A stretch of 64,000 nt of DNA from contig OY970061.1 in the NCBI GenBank assembly GCA_963705255.1, positions 2,400,001 through 2,464,000 on the forward strand, read 5' to 3'. The notes beneath the pieces are model-generated. The model was not told the DNA's origin, made no database searches, and saw nothing but the letters and a program-made list of their open reading frames with translations. The DNA comes from an uncultured Methanoregulaceae archaeon. GTDB taxonomy: Archaea; Halobacteriota; Methanomicrobia; Methanomicrobiales; Methanospirillaceae. The number at the start of each line of letters is the position of its first letter. Position 1 is the first letter of the stretch. Made by a program: the position numbers and the translations under genes. Positions 52,954 through 62,974 of the stretch are shown piece after piece.

Positions 52954-53115
52954 ATGACGACCATGATAAAAAACCGGACACCGGTTCAGGTTCCTGCAGG
53001 CACCGGAAAAAAATCCCGGGCTACAGGGAAAAAACCCGTAGTAAAGGGCTTTTTCGGCCTGCTCCCGGACTGGACGATCGATACCCAGGCCCTTAAAGAT
53101 GAGCTGCGGGACTAA
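52954..53115 (+). CDS. Orphan VapB-like antitoxin fragment
   Basis: C-terminal FFGLLPDWTIDTQALKDELR resembles archaeal antitoxin tails. Confidence 0.45.
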   Translation: MTTMIKNRTPVQVPAGTGKKSRATGKKPVVKGFFGLLPDWTIDTQALKDELRD

Positions 53116-53284
53116 ACCATGCCCTCTTATGAACGACCCGGGGAGCGAAAAGATCAGGTCATATTCCCGGGAAAGGGAATAGGTCCCGAAATGCCGCATC
53201 AGCGCATCGTGGCAACCTGCCGGTGAACAACATTTCAAATAGTTCCATAGAAATATATTAATCAGGAAGCCAGAGGTGAAGAGT

Positions 53285-53437
53285 ATGGCAAAACCCATCG
53301 AGATCGGGCTGGTGCTGGAAGGAGAAGACGCCCGGCGGTTCCACAAATACATGGAGAACCCGAAGATCACAAAAGAAGGGCGCAACCTCATCCGCGAAGC
53401 CATCCAAATCGCAAAGAAAGAAAAGCTCTATGCCTGA
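53285..53437 (+). CDS. 50-aa putative antitoxin of the GNAT toxin (below ORF-track cutoff)
   Basis: MAKPIEIGLVLEGEDARRF...; strong RBS; overlaps the GNAT start. Confidence 0.75.
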   Translation: MAKPIEIGLVLEGEDARRFHKYMENPKITKEGRNLIREAIQIAKKEKLYA

Positions 53438-53990
53438 TCTTTCCTATTCTGATATCGTCTTTAAGCCGCTTGACGCGTTTGATGATGTCTCTTCTTTTCA
53501 TTCAACGGAACAGGAGCTTGACGATTTTTTAAAAGAGGATGCCCTCAATAACCAGACGAACCGGCTCTCCGCGACATTTCTTGCCTGCTGGAATGACGAA
53601 CTGGCAGGATACTTCACGTTAATCAATGACAGTATCGTCGCGGAAGCAGTACATGAATCGGACCGTGAACCCTCCTGGGAATACCGCAAATATCCTGCCA
53701 TCAAGATCGCCCGGATGGCCCGTCACCGCGATTTCGACGGCCATGGTATCGGGACCATCATGCTTCTCCGGATTTTTATCATTGTACTGCATGTCTCGCA
53801 ATTCACCGGCTGCCGGATCATTACGGTTGATTCCAAACCCGGTGCTGTCGAATGGTACCGGAAGAAGGGGTTCACGCTTGCGCAGCTGAAACCACGCGAT
53901 GATACCATTCCACTCTACATGGACTTCCACCGGTTTGTGTCCCAGGAAGAGCAGCGTGTACCTGCGTCTCTTCATGACGTTTCTGAATGA
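53430..53990 (+). CDS. GNAT acetyltransferase toxin (TacT/AtaT-like)
   Basis: F.S...ELDDFL, GYFTL, YPAIKIARMA, G.GIG, VDSK..A..WY...GF motifs. Confidence 0.85.
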   Translation: MPDLSYSDIVFKPLDAFDDVSSFHSTEQELDDFLKEDALNNQTNRLSATFLACWNDELAGYFTLINDSIVAEAVHESDREPSWEYRKYPAIKIARMARHRDFDGHGIGTIMLLRIFIIVLHVSQFTGCRIITVDSKPGAVEWYRKKGFTLAQLKPRDDTIPLYMDFHRFVSQEEQRVPASLHDVSE

Positions 53991-54201
53991 TTTTTTATCC
54001 GGGATGGATCTTCAGCATATCTTATCCGTAGCACCGGGAACGGAGGATAATGCAGCATACCCACGCAATGGTCTCGAAATCCTTCCACGAAGGGTCGTAC
54101 ATGATAGCTCAAAAGAATTCTCTGGTTATGAATATGCTCGCTCATCCGTCTACACAACATACTCCCGGCTCAATAAGCTCGGTCTGAATGCGGGCAAATC
54201 G

Positions 54202-54770
54202 GTCCGGGAAAATCTCACCAGTCACCGGTATACGGGACAATGACGACACGATATTCTATGACTCCCGGCGCCGGGAATAGAGATCTGTTTTATCACTCAC
54301 GGCTTGTGTATCCAGGTTCAGACTATGGGAGATTTGTCCTCCCTGAATTGATTTCGCCGGGAGAAAACATACCCTGAAAAAACCAGGACAAAAATGAAAA
54401 ACGCAAGGGTCAGGTACCCCAGTACGTTGAGATGGTGAGTACGTGCGAGCGGGCTGAAATAGAACAGCCAGCTGATCCCGGTGATTGCAATTATTGCACC
54501 GGTAATTCCGTTTGTGGTAAAGAACCAAAAGAGAAATTTTTTTGACACGATCATTACCTCACTGGTTCCGGATACTTTCACAGGATACCGGTAAGCGGAT
54601 TTCGGTATCCGCCACTTAACGTTTCTAACGCATTCATCTACGATTGCTCTTAAAGAACGGATAAAAATACAGCAGCCATTTCCCAGCCAGCAGCCCGGGA
54701 TACTCCAGTACATTGAGATGGTTAGACTCCCCTCACCTTACTTTCACCCCGCCAACCGGGTTCCTTATCC
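54202..54770 (-). repeat. Repeat B copy 2 (ORF 54318..54554), including the 3' part of the candidate RNA
   Basis: Direct repeat of 51462-51905 and 59397-59850. Confidence 0.88.
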
Positions 54771-54813
54771 TTTGCGAATCCCGACACTTCATGGAGAGAG
54801 ACATCATCCGCTT

Positions 54814-56172
54814 ATGACCTTGCAAGAATCCGATACTGCTGAATTCAAGGAATCCTTCGATCGGGATGCCGTCGTTACTGCCGGTGCATTTGCAAACACC
54901 CAGGGCGGCACGATTTTTATTGGAATCACCGATAGGGGAAAAGTCGTCGGGACTCTGATCGGTACCGAATCTTTCAAAGAATGGGCCAACACCATCTCCC
55001 AAGGCACCGAACCCCGCCTGATTCCGGAAATCGAGGAACTATCCCGTGAAGGCAAACCTGTTGCAGCGATCCGTATCAAAGAAAATCCTCTCAAGCCAGT
55101 GTCAGTCAGGGGCAGGTGCTACCGGCGCGTCGGCTCCAGCAACCGGGCGATGCAGCCCCACGAGATCGCCGGGATGCACCTGCAATCCATTGGAAGCAGC
55201 TGGGATCTGACTCCTGCACCGAAAACCACGCTTGCTGATCTGGACCCGGCAAAAGTCGCCGATTATATCAGAAAAGCAAACGAGACCGGGAGACGGAATA
55301 TCGCACCCGGCGAATCCCCGCCAACCGTCCTCGAAAAGATCGGACTGGTCCATGACAACAAACCAACCTGGGCCGCAATCCTCCTCTTTGGAAAAGACCC
55401 GCAGCGGTACCTGTCACAAGCGACCATGCACTGTGGGCTCTTCGATCCAGACGAGATCGGCGTACTGGATGACCGCATGGTGAGGGGCGCGATCCTTGAG
55501 CAGGTCAATGATTCGATGGAATTTATCCGGAAGAATATCCGGGTCGCCTTCGTGATGACCGGGGAACCCGAACGCAGGCAGGTCTGGGACTACCCGGTCG
55601 AGGCACTCCGCGAAGCCGTCATCAATGCCATCTGTCACCGTGATTACACGATCAGTTCAGCAGTGGAGATACGGATACTCAGGGACTCCCTGAAGGTCTG
55701 GAGCCCCGGCCGCCTCGCACCCGGCATCACATTACCCGAACTGTTTACCTCGCACGCATCAGTCCTGCGGAATAAAGGAATTGCACAGGTATTGTATGAT
55801 ATCGGCTGGATTGAACGGTGGGGCGGCGGGATCCAGAAGATGCGCAGTGCGAGTGTTGAGGCCGGGATACCAGAACCGGTCTTCCAGGAAGACCAGGGCT
55901 TCTCGGTGATATTCCGGAAAGACATTTTCAGTAGCGAATATCTCAGTAAAGAAGGACTGAATGCCCGCCAGATTCAGGCAGTTGGATACATTCGGGAGAA
56001 AGGAAAAATAACCAATTCAGAACTTCAGGTCCTTGCATCAATTAAAAAACGTCAGGCGACAACAGATCTTAATGATCTCGAACAACGCCAGATCATTTCT
56101 CGTGTCGGGAAGACCGGCAAAGGTACTCATTATATTCTCAAAGGGGCACCAAAGGGGCTAAAGGGGCACTGA
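54814..56172 (+). CDS. Schlafen/AlbA_2 + HATPase_c_4 + wHTH protein
   Basis: E....EFKE, AFANT.GG.I.IG, YP..ALREA..NA..HRDY, ERWG.GI motifs. Confidence 0.88.
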   Translation: MTLQESDTAEFKESFDRDAVVTAGAFANTQGGTIFIGITDRGKVVGTLIGTESFKEWANTISQGTEPRLIPEIEELSREGKPVAAIRIKENPLKPVSVRGRCYRRVGSSNRAMQPHEIAGMHLQSIGSSWDLTPAPKTTLADLDPAKVADYIRKANETGRRNIAPGESPPTVLEKIGLVHDNKPTWAAILLFGKDPQRYLSQATMHCGLFDPDEIGVLDDRMVRGAILEQVNDSMEFIRKNIRVAFVMTGEPERRQVWDYPVEALREAVINAICHRDYTISSAVEIRILRDSLKVWSPGRLAPGITLPELFTSHASVLRNKGIAQVLYDIGWIERWGGGIQKMRSASVEAGIPEPVFQEDQGFSVIFRKDIFSSEYLSKEGLNARQIQAVGYIREKGKITNSELQVLASIKKRQATTDLNDLEQRQIISRVGKTGKGTHYILKGAPKGLKGH

Positions 56173-56363
56173 AGGGGTATCATCGGGGGCAGAGACTGGA
56201 GAGATCCACGGTGAATGGGACGAGAGATGAACCGGGCGTCTCAAGAAACGCAATTAGCTCTTTGCCCCGTATGACCGGAAGCATTATGCCCCCGGGACTA
56301 TCTCAACCTCGCGGAATCCCACAAATGTATTGACAGGGTCAGAAGCTTGTGAATCCCGCCACG

Positions 56364-56497
56364 TAACGTTTCTAACGCGATCGTCTACCCGTCAGGCGTC
56401 CGGTAGATGACTGCGTTAGAATCGTTATATATCGGGTAACGAAATCCCCATTCGTGGACAGCCGGGGGTTGTCCCGAAAAGAAATGACGGGTTCACC
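56364..56497 (+). promoter_or_regulatory. Palindrome D + TATA box + conserved leader, copy 1
   Basis: TTCTAACGC.ATCGTCTACC / GGTAGATGA.TGCGTTAGAA inverted arms, TTATATAT, GGACAGCC/GGTTGTCC hairpin; repeated at 62721. Confidence 0.7.
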
Positions 56498-56817
56498 AAG
56501 AGACGAACTTCGCTGGACCCGGTCCACCCGCAGGCATGCGATCATTATCGTAAATTCTCACGAGGATCTTCCCGTGCCCGGGTTGACAGCAAGGGAAGTG
56601 ATAGCATAAACTCCACACACGGAAAGCAGAACAAAACCGGCGGTATCCGGCAGGATACCGTTCCGGTTAACGAAGAAGAGCGGGCATTTGCGCCTGACCG
56701 GGATGTACTCCGGAAGACGGAGATTCCCGTCACGGGCTTCCGGACAGGATCAAAAAGAAGACCGGGCAGCCCGGAATGCGGGGATCACGGGCCCGGGAAG
56801 ACGGAGGCGGGCACAGG

Positions 56818-57087
56818 ATGCCGAAGAGTAAATCCGTGACTGAAGGTGGTATTCCTCTCTATCTCCTGCCCCGGGCAATCGCCCGGCAGATCACCCGGAT
56901 CGGGGACCCGGTGTACCGCATCAGCGTGAAACGGACGCACTGGCATCATTACAACATATCCGTCAGGACAAAATCCCTGCCAAAGGAGCTTGCCCCGGCA
57001 CGGGTTACGGGACTGGAGGGTCCCGGGGATTCCGCCACGGAACACCGGCACAGTACCGGTGAGCCGGGCCTGGGGTGCGACGCATGA
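56818..57087 (+). CDS. Small basic hypothetical protein
   Basis: ATG ORF coupled by ATGA to the next gene. Confidence 0.55.
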   Translation: MPKSKSVTEGGIPLYLLPRAIARQITRIGDPVYRISVKRTHWHHYNISVRTKSLPKELAPARVTGLEGPGDSATEHRHSTGEPGLGCDA

Positions 57088-57497
57088 CACGCGGGCCGCT
57101 ACCGACAGAGGCGATCAGGCAGGCAATAAAGAACGCGGCAGGACGCGGGACCGTGATGGACCGTGACCTGCTCCGGGAATCCTGGCTTGAATTCATCCTT
57201 TTCTGCCTAGGCCTTACGGTCTTTGTCCGGGTCCGGCGGTGCCGTTCGCACCTCATGAGTCCGGAGGATTGTGCCGCGGAATGTAAACAGGATATCCTGC
57301 ATCTCCGCAGGGTGCCACTGACCGGCGTCACCGCCCGCGAACTCTGGCTGTTATCACCGTGGGGGACCTGGCAGTATTTCCGGATTCTCGACGACCGGCT
57401 CATCGAGATCCGGGCGGATGGGACCCCGGTACTACAGGGAGTGGTGCCCGGGGTACCCCCGTCCTGCCCTGTATCATCGTCGGAGAGTGGGAAATGA
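57084..57497 (+). CDS. Hypothetical protein, possible degenerate restriction-endonuclease-like fold
   Basis: EFIL....TVFVRVRR, RELWL.SPWG.W.YF pattern. Confidence 0.6.
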   Translation: MTRGPLPTEAIRQAIKNAAGRGTVMDRDLLRESWLEFILFCLGLTVFVRVRRCRSHLMSPEDCAAECKQDILHLRRVPLTGVTARELWLLSPWGTWQYFRILDDRLIEIRADGTPVLQGVVPGVPPSCPVSSSESGK

Positions 57498-58060
57498 GAT
57501 CCCCTTTTTTGACGTATGGGGGTCTCACCCCCTTATTTTGGTGAAAAAAGCCAATCCGGGCTCGTATAGGGCTTCTTTTCCCTTTTTCCGGATTTCGCCG
57601 ACCGGCCTGTTTCGGCCCTTTTTTGGGAAGGTTTTTCTGGAAATGCTGATACTGCCCCGGATTACCAGACCGGGCTTATTACGAGGGATAAAACCGGCCT
57701 GTGTAGATCTGTTTGGTTCGAGGATAGGTCATGGATACGGGATTTAGGATGCGGGAGGCCAGGTGAAGGAATCGTTAAAACGGATTTTTGGGGGATCAGC
57801 CATCGGCGGATTTATGCTCCAGGTGTTCAATTGGAGATACATATTTTTCACGCATACTACCGGTCGTCCGGCACTTCCTCCACGCTTCGTGTCGGGGGAC
57901 GGGAAGTGCCAGATCTGCCCCCCACCCCCACACTTTCACCATCCCCCTGCCTCCGCCATATCCCCTTCTCCACCCATTCCCTCATATGAAAATCCAATCC
58001 GGGCCCCGGCACAGGCACTGGAATGGCGGGAAGCCTGATTTTTTTGAAAACTAAAAAAAT

Positions 58061-58267
58061 TCACCGGGATTTCTTCTTCCGGCGCTCTTTGATTCCGGCC
58101 ATAACCGTATCGAAATCCTTGTCAAGCCACTGCTTGCGCTCTTTCGTATAATCACCGCTCCCGTGTGAATAACTCTGGATGAACCGGATTGCATCGGCAG
58201 GCCCGAGGTTCTTCACCAGCAACCGGAACCCCTTGATCCTGATCTCATTCAATGTCTTCGCTTCCAT
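58061..58267 (-). CDS. Putative antitoxin
   Basis: GF..L...LG..DA.RFI...G.GDYT.ER..WL; overlaps PIN gene end. Confidence 0.75.
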   Translation of the reverse strand: MEAKTLNEIRIKGFRLLVKNLGPADAIRFIQSYSHGSGDYTKERKQWLDKDFDTVMAGIKERRKKKSR

Positions 58268-58712
58268 CCTTCGTCACCTCCATCAGCCACTGCACGGGAT
58301 TATGTACTCTGGTAATGATCTTGTCTTCGTGCCTCTTAATAGATTTTATCAGCGAGTCATCAGTGGTCAGGAAGACTGCACCTGCAGATCCTGCACAGGC
58401 AAGGTGAAGGGCATCAAAAGGATCCAGGCCGAACCGGTGATATCCCCGTGCAATAGCTTCGACCTCTTCATCGATCACGACACGGCTCTTAATAAACTGG
58501 AGAACACTCTCCACACTCTCCCTTCGTTCTTCATCAGATATCTCAAAAATCTCTGATTCTATTGCTTCGCTTCCCACCAGTTCCCAACCGGTCATACAAT
58601 GTTTGAGAATCTCGGTGATTGCCTCAGTCTCCATCCGGATCCGGTGAACCGTCTGGTCATCGAACGGCCTGCACAGGCAGCAAACGTCCAGATAGATCCT
58701 TTTTGGGGTCAT
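58245..58712 (-). CDS. PIN-domain toxin
   Basis: IYLD.C.L.RPFDD, FDALHLA.A, FLTTDD, NP..W motifs. Confidence 0.88.
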   Translation of the reverse strand: MTPKRIYLDVCCLCRPFDDQTVHRIRMETEAITEILKHCMTGWELVGSEAIESEIFEISDEERRESVESVLQFIKSRVVIDEEVEAIARGYHRFGLDPFDALHLACAGSAGAVFLTTDDSLIKSIKRHEDKIITRVHNPVQWLMEVTKDGSEDIE

Positions 58713-58759
58713 CCTGATCCTCTATTCTCATGCGGTACCAATAAATGATTGGATCGGCC

Positions 58760-59220
58760 CGGAGATCAAGAAACGAATCCTCGCGTGTATCGCATCTGCC
58801 GATGTGGATATTGCCTACTGTGTGCTCCGGAAAGAACAGGTCTACCCGCATCTGCGATCAAATCACCAGATAGTATACAATTACCTGACCGGGTCTCTCA
58901 TCTCCCACATTGTCCAGCGATTTTATGATGGCGGCCCTGTTGAGATTACCGTGGATAAATCCCTTAATGGGATCCAGCGGGAAGCCTTCGATCAATATCT
59001 CGTGTACAAAACGTTTGAAAAGAACCTGGGAACTGATCTCACTGCAATTCCCCTTGAGATCGAGCATGCCGATTCAAAGAATGAGCCCGGTATCCAGGCC
59101 GCCGATTTCATTGCGGGAGCATTGCATTATTATTACCGGACAGATGATGACACATTCTCCGGTATCATCGATGAAAAGGTCACGCTGGCATTTGATTATT
59201 TCAAAGGTCCGCAGAAATGA
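58760..59220 (+). pseudogene. DUF3800-family 3' fragment
   Basis: YNY, ITVDK, DS....GIQAADFIAG motifs; N-terminal DESG region absent. Confidence 0.7.
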
Positions 59221-59221
59221 A

Positions 59222-59295
59222 CAGTGAACCCTTCCCTACTTCGTCCCATCCACCTCAGGGTGGCATCATCCTTTTCGGGAAGGACTTACTCACTG
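59222..59295 (+). ncRNA. Candidate DUF3800-associated structured RNA
   Basis: CAGTGA/TCACTG closing stem with CCACC/GGTGG and TCCTT/AAGGA hairpins right after the stop codon. Confidence 0.5.
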
Positions 59296-59396
59296 ATCTA
59301 TACATATGTCACTCAATATTAATAAATTTCCATAAGTTACCTATCCCGGATTTTACGATGACATGCTCTCCCTTTTGAGCGTCAAACCTCTCACGA

Positions 59397-59850
59397 TTCA
59401 GGCTATGGGAAATTAGTCCTCCCCGAATTCATATCGCCGGTAAAAAACCCACCCCGAAAAAACCAGGACAAAAATGAAAAACGCAAGGGTCAGGTACCCC
59501 AGTACGTTGAGATGGTGAGTGCATGCGAGCGGGCTGAAATAGAACAGCCAGCCGATCCCGGTGATTGCAATTATTGCACCGGTAATCCCGTTTGTGGTAA
59601 AGAACCAAAAGAGAAATTTTTCTGGCACGATCATTACCTCACTGGTTCCGGATACTTTCATAGGATACCGGTAAGCGGATTCCGGTATCCGCCACGTAAC
59701 GTTTCTAACGCATTCATCTACGATTGCTCTCAAAGAACGGATAAAAATACAGCAGCCATTTCCCAGCCAGCAGCCCGGGATACTCCAGTACATTGAGATG
59801 GTGAGACTCCCCTCACCTTACTTTCACCCTGCCAACCGGGCTCCTTATTC
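59397..59850 (-). repeat. Repeat B copy 3 (ORF 59413..59634, early stop)
   Basis: Direct repeat of copies 1 and 2. Confidence 0.88.
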
Positions 59851-59892
59851 TTACCGGCAACGACTTTCCGGGTACAGGTACACGAGTCCGCT

Positions 59893-60984
59893 ATGAAACC
59901 CACGTCACCCGTCAGGGATCTCCCGGAAGACTACCCGGAATTCATCGTCTCCCTGAAAAACCGGATCCGGTCAGCACAGGTTAAAGCCGCAGTATCCGTG
60001 AACCGTGAACTGGTCCTTCTCTACTGGCAGATTGGGCGAGAGCTTCTGGAGAAAGCGGATGCTGGCAGCTGGGGTGCGAAAGTGATCGACACGCTCGCCC
60101 GGGATCTTCAGTTGGAATTTCCCGGTACCGGGGGGTTTTCGCGGACCAATCTGTACCGTATGCGGGCGTTCTATGCAGCATACCCCGTAACTCCGGCAAT
60201 TGTCCCACAGGTTGTGGGACAAACTGAAAGCCAGCTGCCAGAACCGATCCTGCGTATCCCGTGGGGTCACAATGTGATCCTTATCGAGAAAGTAAAAGAA
60301 CCCGCAGAGAGGGTATGGTATGCCCGGCAGGCGATCGAACATGGCTGGTCGCGTGCGGTTCTCCATCACCAGATCGAATCAGATCTCTCTGCGCGACAGG
60401 GAAAGGCAATTACCAACTTTTCAGATACGCTTCCTGCGCCCCAGTCAGACATCGCCATGCAGACATTCAAGGATCCCTATATCTTCAGTTTTCTGACCCT
60501 TGATTTATCGGCACGGGAACGGGACCTGGAACAGGGCCTGATGGATCATATCCAGAAATTCCTTCTTGAGCTGGGTGTCGGATTCTCTTTTGTCGGGCGA
60601 CAGTACCTGCTTGAGGTCGAGGGCGGTGAATATTACCTCGATCTCCTCTTCTATCACCTCAGGCTCCGGTGTTTCGTTGTAATCGATCTCAAGATGGAAG
60701 AGTTCACACCGGAACATGCCGGTAAAATGAATTTCTATCTCTCAGTCGTGGATGACCGGCTACGCCAACCCGGGGACCAGCCATCGATCGGTCTTGTATT
60801 ATGTAAAACCAAAAAACATCTGACGGTCGAGTACGCACTGCGTGATATGGGGAAGCCTATCGGGGTATCAGAATGGCGTACCGGCATCGTGGCATCGCTT
60901 CCGGAGCAGCTGCGGGGGAGTCTTCCGACCATTGAAGAGCTGGAGAATGAACTTACAAAAGAGACTGTTAACGGGAGAAAATGA
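59893..60984 (+). CDS. YhcG/DUF1016 PD-(D/E)xK nuclease domain protein
   Basis: VN.EL..LYW.IG, KDPY.F.FL, FLLELG.GF.FVGRQ, DLLFYH..L, GKMNFY motifs. Confidence 0.92.
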   Translation: MKPTSPVRDLPEDYPEFIVSLKNRIRSAQVKAAVSVNRELVLLYWQIGRELLEKADAGSWGAKVIDTLARDLQLEFPGTGGFSRTNLYRMRAFYAAYPVTPAIVPQVVGQTESQLPEPILRIPWGHNVILIEKVKEPAERVWYARQAIEHGWSRAVLHHQIESDLSARQGKAITNFSDTLPAPQSDIAMQTFKDPYIFSFLTLDLSARERDLEQGLMDHIQKFLLELGVGFSFVGRQYLLEVEGGEYYLDLLFYHLRLRCFVVIDLKMEEFTPEHAGKMNFYLSVVDDRLRQPGDQPSIGLVLCKTKKHLTVEYALRDMGKPIGVSEWRTGIVASLPEQLRGSLPTIEELENELTKETVNGRK

Positions 60985-61101
60985 TCGCAATGCAATCATT
61001 TTTACGACGAGCGCCCGACGGGAATTCAGGCCCGGCCCCGGTTCTCATGCTTGATGGTTGAAGAGGTTTTTTGAAACCTCGACAATGAGAAGGGAGGCAT
61101 C

Positions 61102-61283
61102 AGCCGACCTTCGAATTCAGCAAGGATATCAATCCTCGATGAGGAGAAGATTGGTGGAGCCGACCTTCGAATTCAGCAAGGATATCAATCCTTGATGAGG
61201 AGAAGATTGGTGGAGCCGACCTTCGAATTCAGCAAGGATATCAATCCTTGATGAGGAGAAGATTGGTGGAGCCGACCTTCGAA
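61102..61283 (+). repeat. Tandem repeat, 56-bp unit x ~3.25
   Basis: Units start at 61102, 61158, 61214, 61270; internal CAAGGAT-ATCA-ATCCTTG hairpin; no spacers. Confidence 0.92.
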
Positions 61284-61395
61284 GTGTTGCCGGCAGCATT
61301 CCTGCGCAATCTCCACTGCCGCACGGTGGAGGGCGTACTTGCAGGGCATGTCCTTGCTGTCTGGCTCAATAATCGTGTTGATCGTTTTCACCAGC

Positions 61396-62196
61396 CTACT
61401 TCTTCGTATCATCCCCGGCCGCCGCGTTCCCGGGCTCCATCCCGGCCTCCTGCCCGCGGAACCGCCTGAAGATATCCGCCCCCGCGGGGCAGAGAATATA
61501 ACGGACTGCTCTCCCTTCTTTACAGGTGGTGATAATCCCGTCGCCGGACAACCGCTTCGTGTGCCAGGTGATCGACGGGCCGGCAATGCCCACGACCTCT
61601 GCGATCTCCTTCCGGGAGACTTCCGGGGAAGAGGCAAGGATCTCGAGGATCCTTCGTGTCGTCGGGTTCTGCAGGTGCAGGAACACCTTCTTTTCCAGTT
61701 CGCTGTACCGCCCGTTGTTCTCAAAATACCGTACTGACCTCCCGCTGCCAAAGGAAACAATCCTCCGCTTCATCCCGAGGACCAGCACGTGGTACTTCAG
61801 GGTCCCCTCTTTTACCCCGGTCAGCCGTTCCAGTGCATTGAACTTCACGCCCGGGTTTGCCGCTATGCAGTCGTAAATATTCTGGCGGTTCCGGTTCCAC
61901 AGGATGGCATTCCGCTCGACTTTCCGGTACCCGAGGGCCGCCAGCATTTTCAGGAAGAAGAAGATCTCAACCGGATATACGAGCACCGGGCAAAAAGACA
62001 GGGATACTGCAATGAGCATCTCCCGCACCGTGAGGTCCCAGAACGATACCGGCACGGGGTCCTGGAGGTCAGCCGGCAATGCACCGGCCAGGCCCGGGGC
62101 CGCGCTGTATCCGCCGGTACCAGCTGCGGCGGACGGCACGGCAACCAGAAAAAGGGAAATGATGAGGGCGACAGCCCTCACCGGAGAGGATTCCAT
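61396..62196 (-). CDS. Membrane-tethered double winged-HTH transcriptional regulator
   Basis: Signal + TM, then R..IY..I..NPG..F, GTL.YH and SITWH..RL HTH motifs. Confidence 0.82.
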   Translation of the reverse strand: MESSPVRAVALIISLFLVAVPSAAAGTGGYSAAPGLAGALPADLQDPVPVSFWDLTVREMLIAVSLSFCPVLVYPVEIFFFLKMLAALGYRKVERNAILWNRNRQNIYDCIAANPGVKFNALERLTGVKEGTLKYHVLVLGMKRRIVSFGSGRSVRYFENNGRYSELEKKVFLHLQNPTTRRILEILASSPEVSRKEIAEVVGIAGPSITWHTKRLSGDGIITTCKEGRAVRYILCPAGADIFRRFRGQEAGMEPGNAAAGDDTKK

Positions 62197-62241
62197 CAAT
62201 GACTATTTCTCATGACGGAATATCAGTTTTATGGTTTTGTT

Positions 62242-62685
62242 TTAATAAATAACAAAATTATAACTCTGGGTCCCCAGGACACTCACTCCATACACCCTGA
62301 ACTTCCATGTCCCGGGAGCAATCCCGCCGGTCCTGCTGATCGTAAGGAAGATTCTCCCGTCCGTTACCCCGTCAGATGCATCATAAAACGGGCCGATGGT
62401 CCCGTCCGGGGCGATGGCCGTGAGCGAAAGCGAATTAGGGGCATATCCCCAGTTCAGGTCCACTGTCAGGGACGCCTTTCCTGAGGGGACCACTACTGAA
62501 TACCAGTTTGTCTGCCCCTGGGTGATAGTACCAGCGGTCATGGGTGACATGACCGCAGGCAGGTGCAGGTCTCCGGCCGGGGTTGCTGAATACGCGGCAC
62601 TGGTGTTGGCATTCTGTGCAGAAACTCCCGATACGAGCACGATGGCGCAGACCAGGATTACCAGACTGATTACGGATACTTTCAT
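62242..62685 (-). CDS. Secreted PPC-like beta-sandwich protein
   Basis: Signal peptide; TITQGQTNW, L.VDLNWG, GTWKF.VYG motifs. Confidence 0.75.
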   Translation of the reverse strand: MKVSVISLVILVCAIVLVSGVSAQNANTSAAYSATPAGDLHLPAVMSPMTAGTITQGQTNWYSVVVPSGKASLTVDLNWGYAPNSLSLTAIAPDGTIGPFYDASDGVTDGRIFLTISRTGGIAPGTWKFRVYGVSVLGTQSYNFVIY

Positions 62686-62720
62686 AGTATACCGGTAAGC
62701 GGGTTTCGGTATCCGGCACT

Positions 62721-62853
62721 TAACCTTTCTAGCGCGATCGTCTACCGATCAGGGTCCGGTAGATGGCTGCGTTAGAATCGTTATATATCGCGTAGTGAAA
62801 TCCCCATTCGTGGACAGCCGGGGGTTGTCCCAAAAAGAAAGGACGGGTTCACC
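62721..62853 (+). promoter_or_regulatory. Palindrome D + TATA box + conserved leader, copy 2
   Basis: Near-identical to 56364-56497; lies between divergent secreted-protein genes. Confidence 0.7.
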
Positions 62854-62974
62854 TCAGGTCGAATTGCGGTTGAACCCGGTCCCGCCCGAAGGCATGGGAG
62901 TGTCATCTTCTGATCCTATGAAGGGTTTCCCATGCCTTCGAGCATAAAGCATGGAAAAAATGGAGGAAAAACAA

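Noticed and set aside
59222-59295. tRNA gene
   Set aside because: No TTCRA T-loop or proper anticodon arm; no tRNA or rRNA recognised anywhere in the window
61102-61283. CRISPR array
   Set aside because: Units are near-identical along their whole length, with no unique spacers and no cas genes
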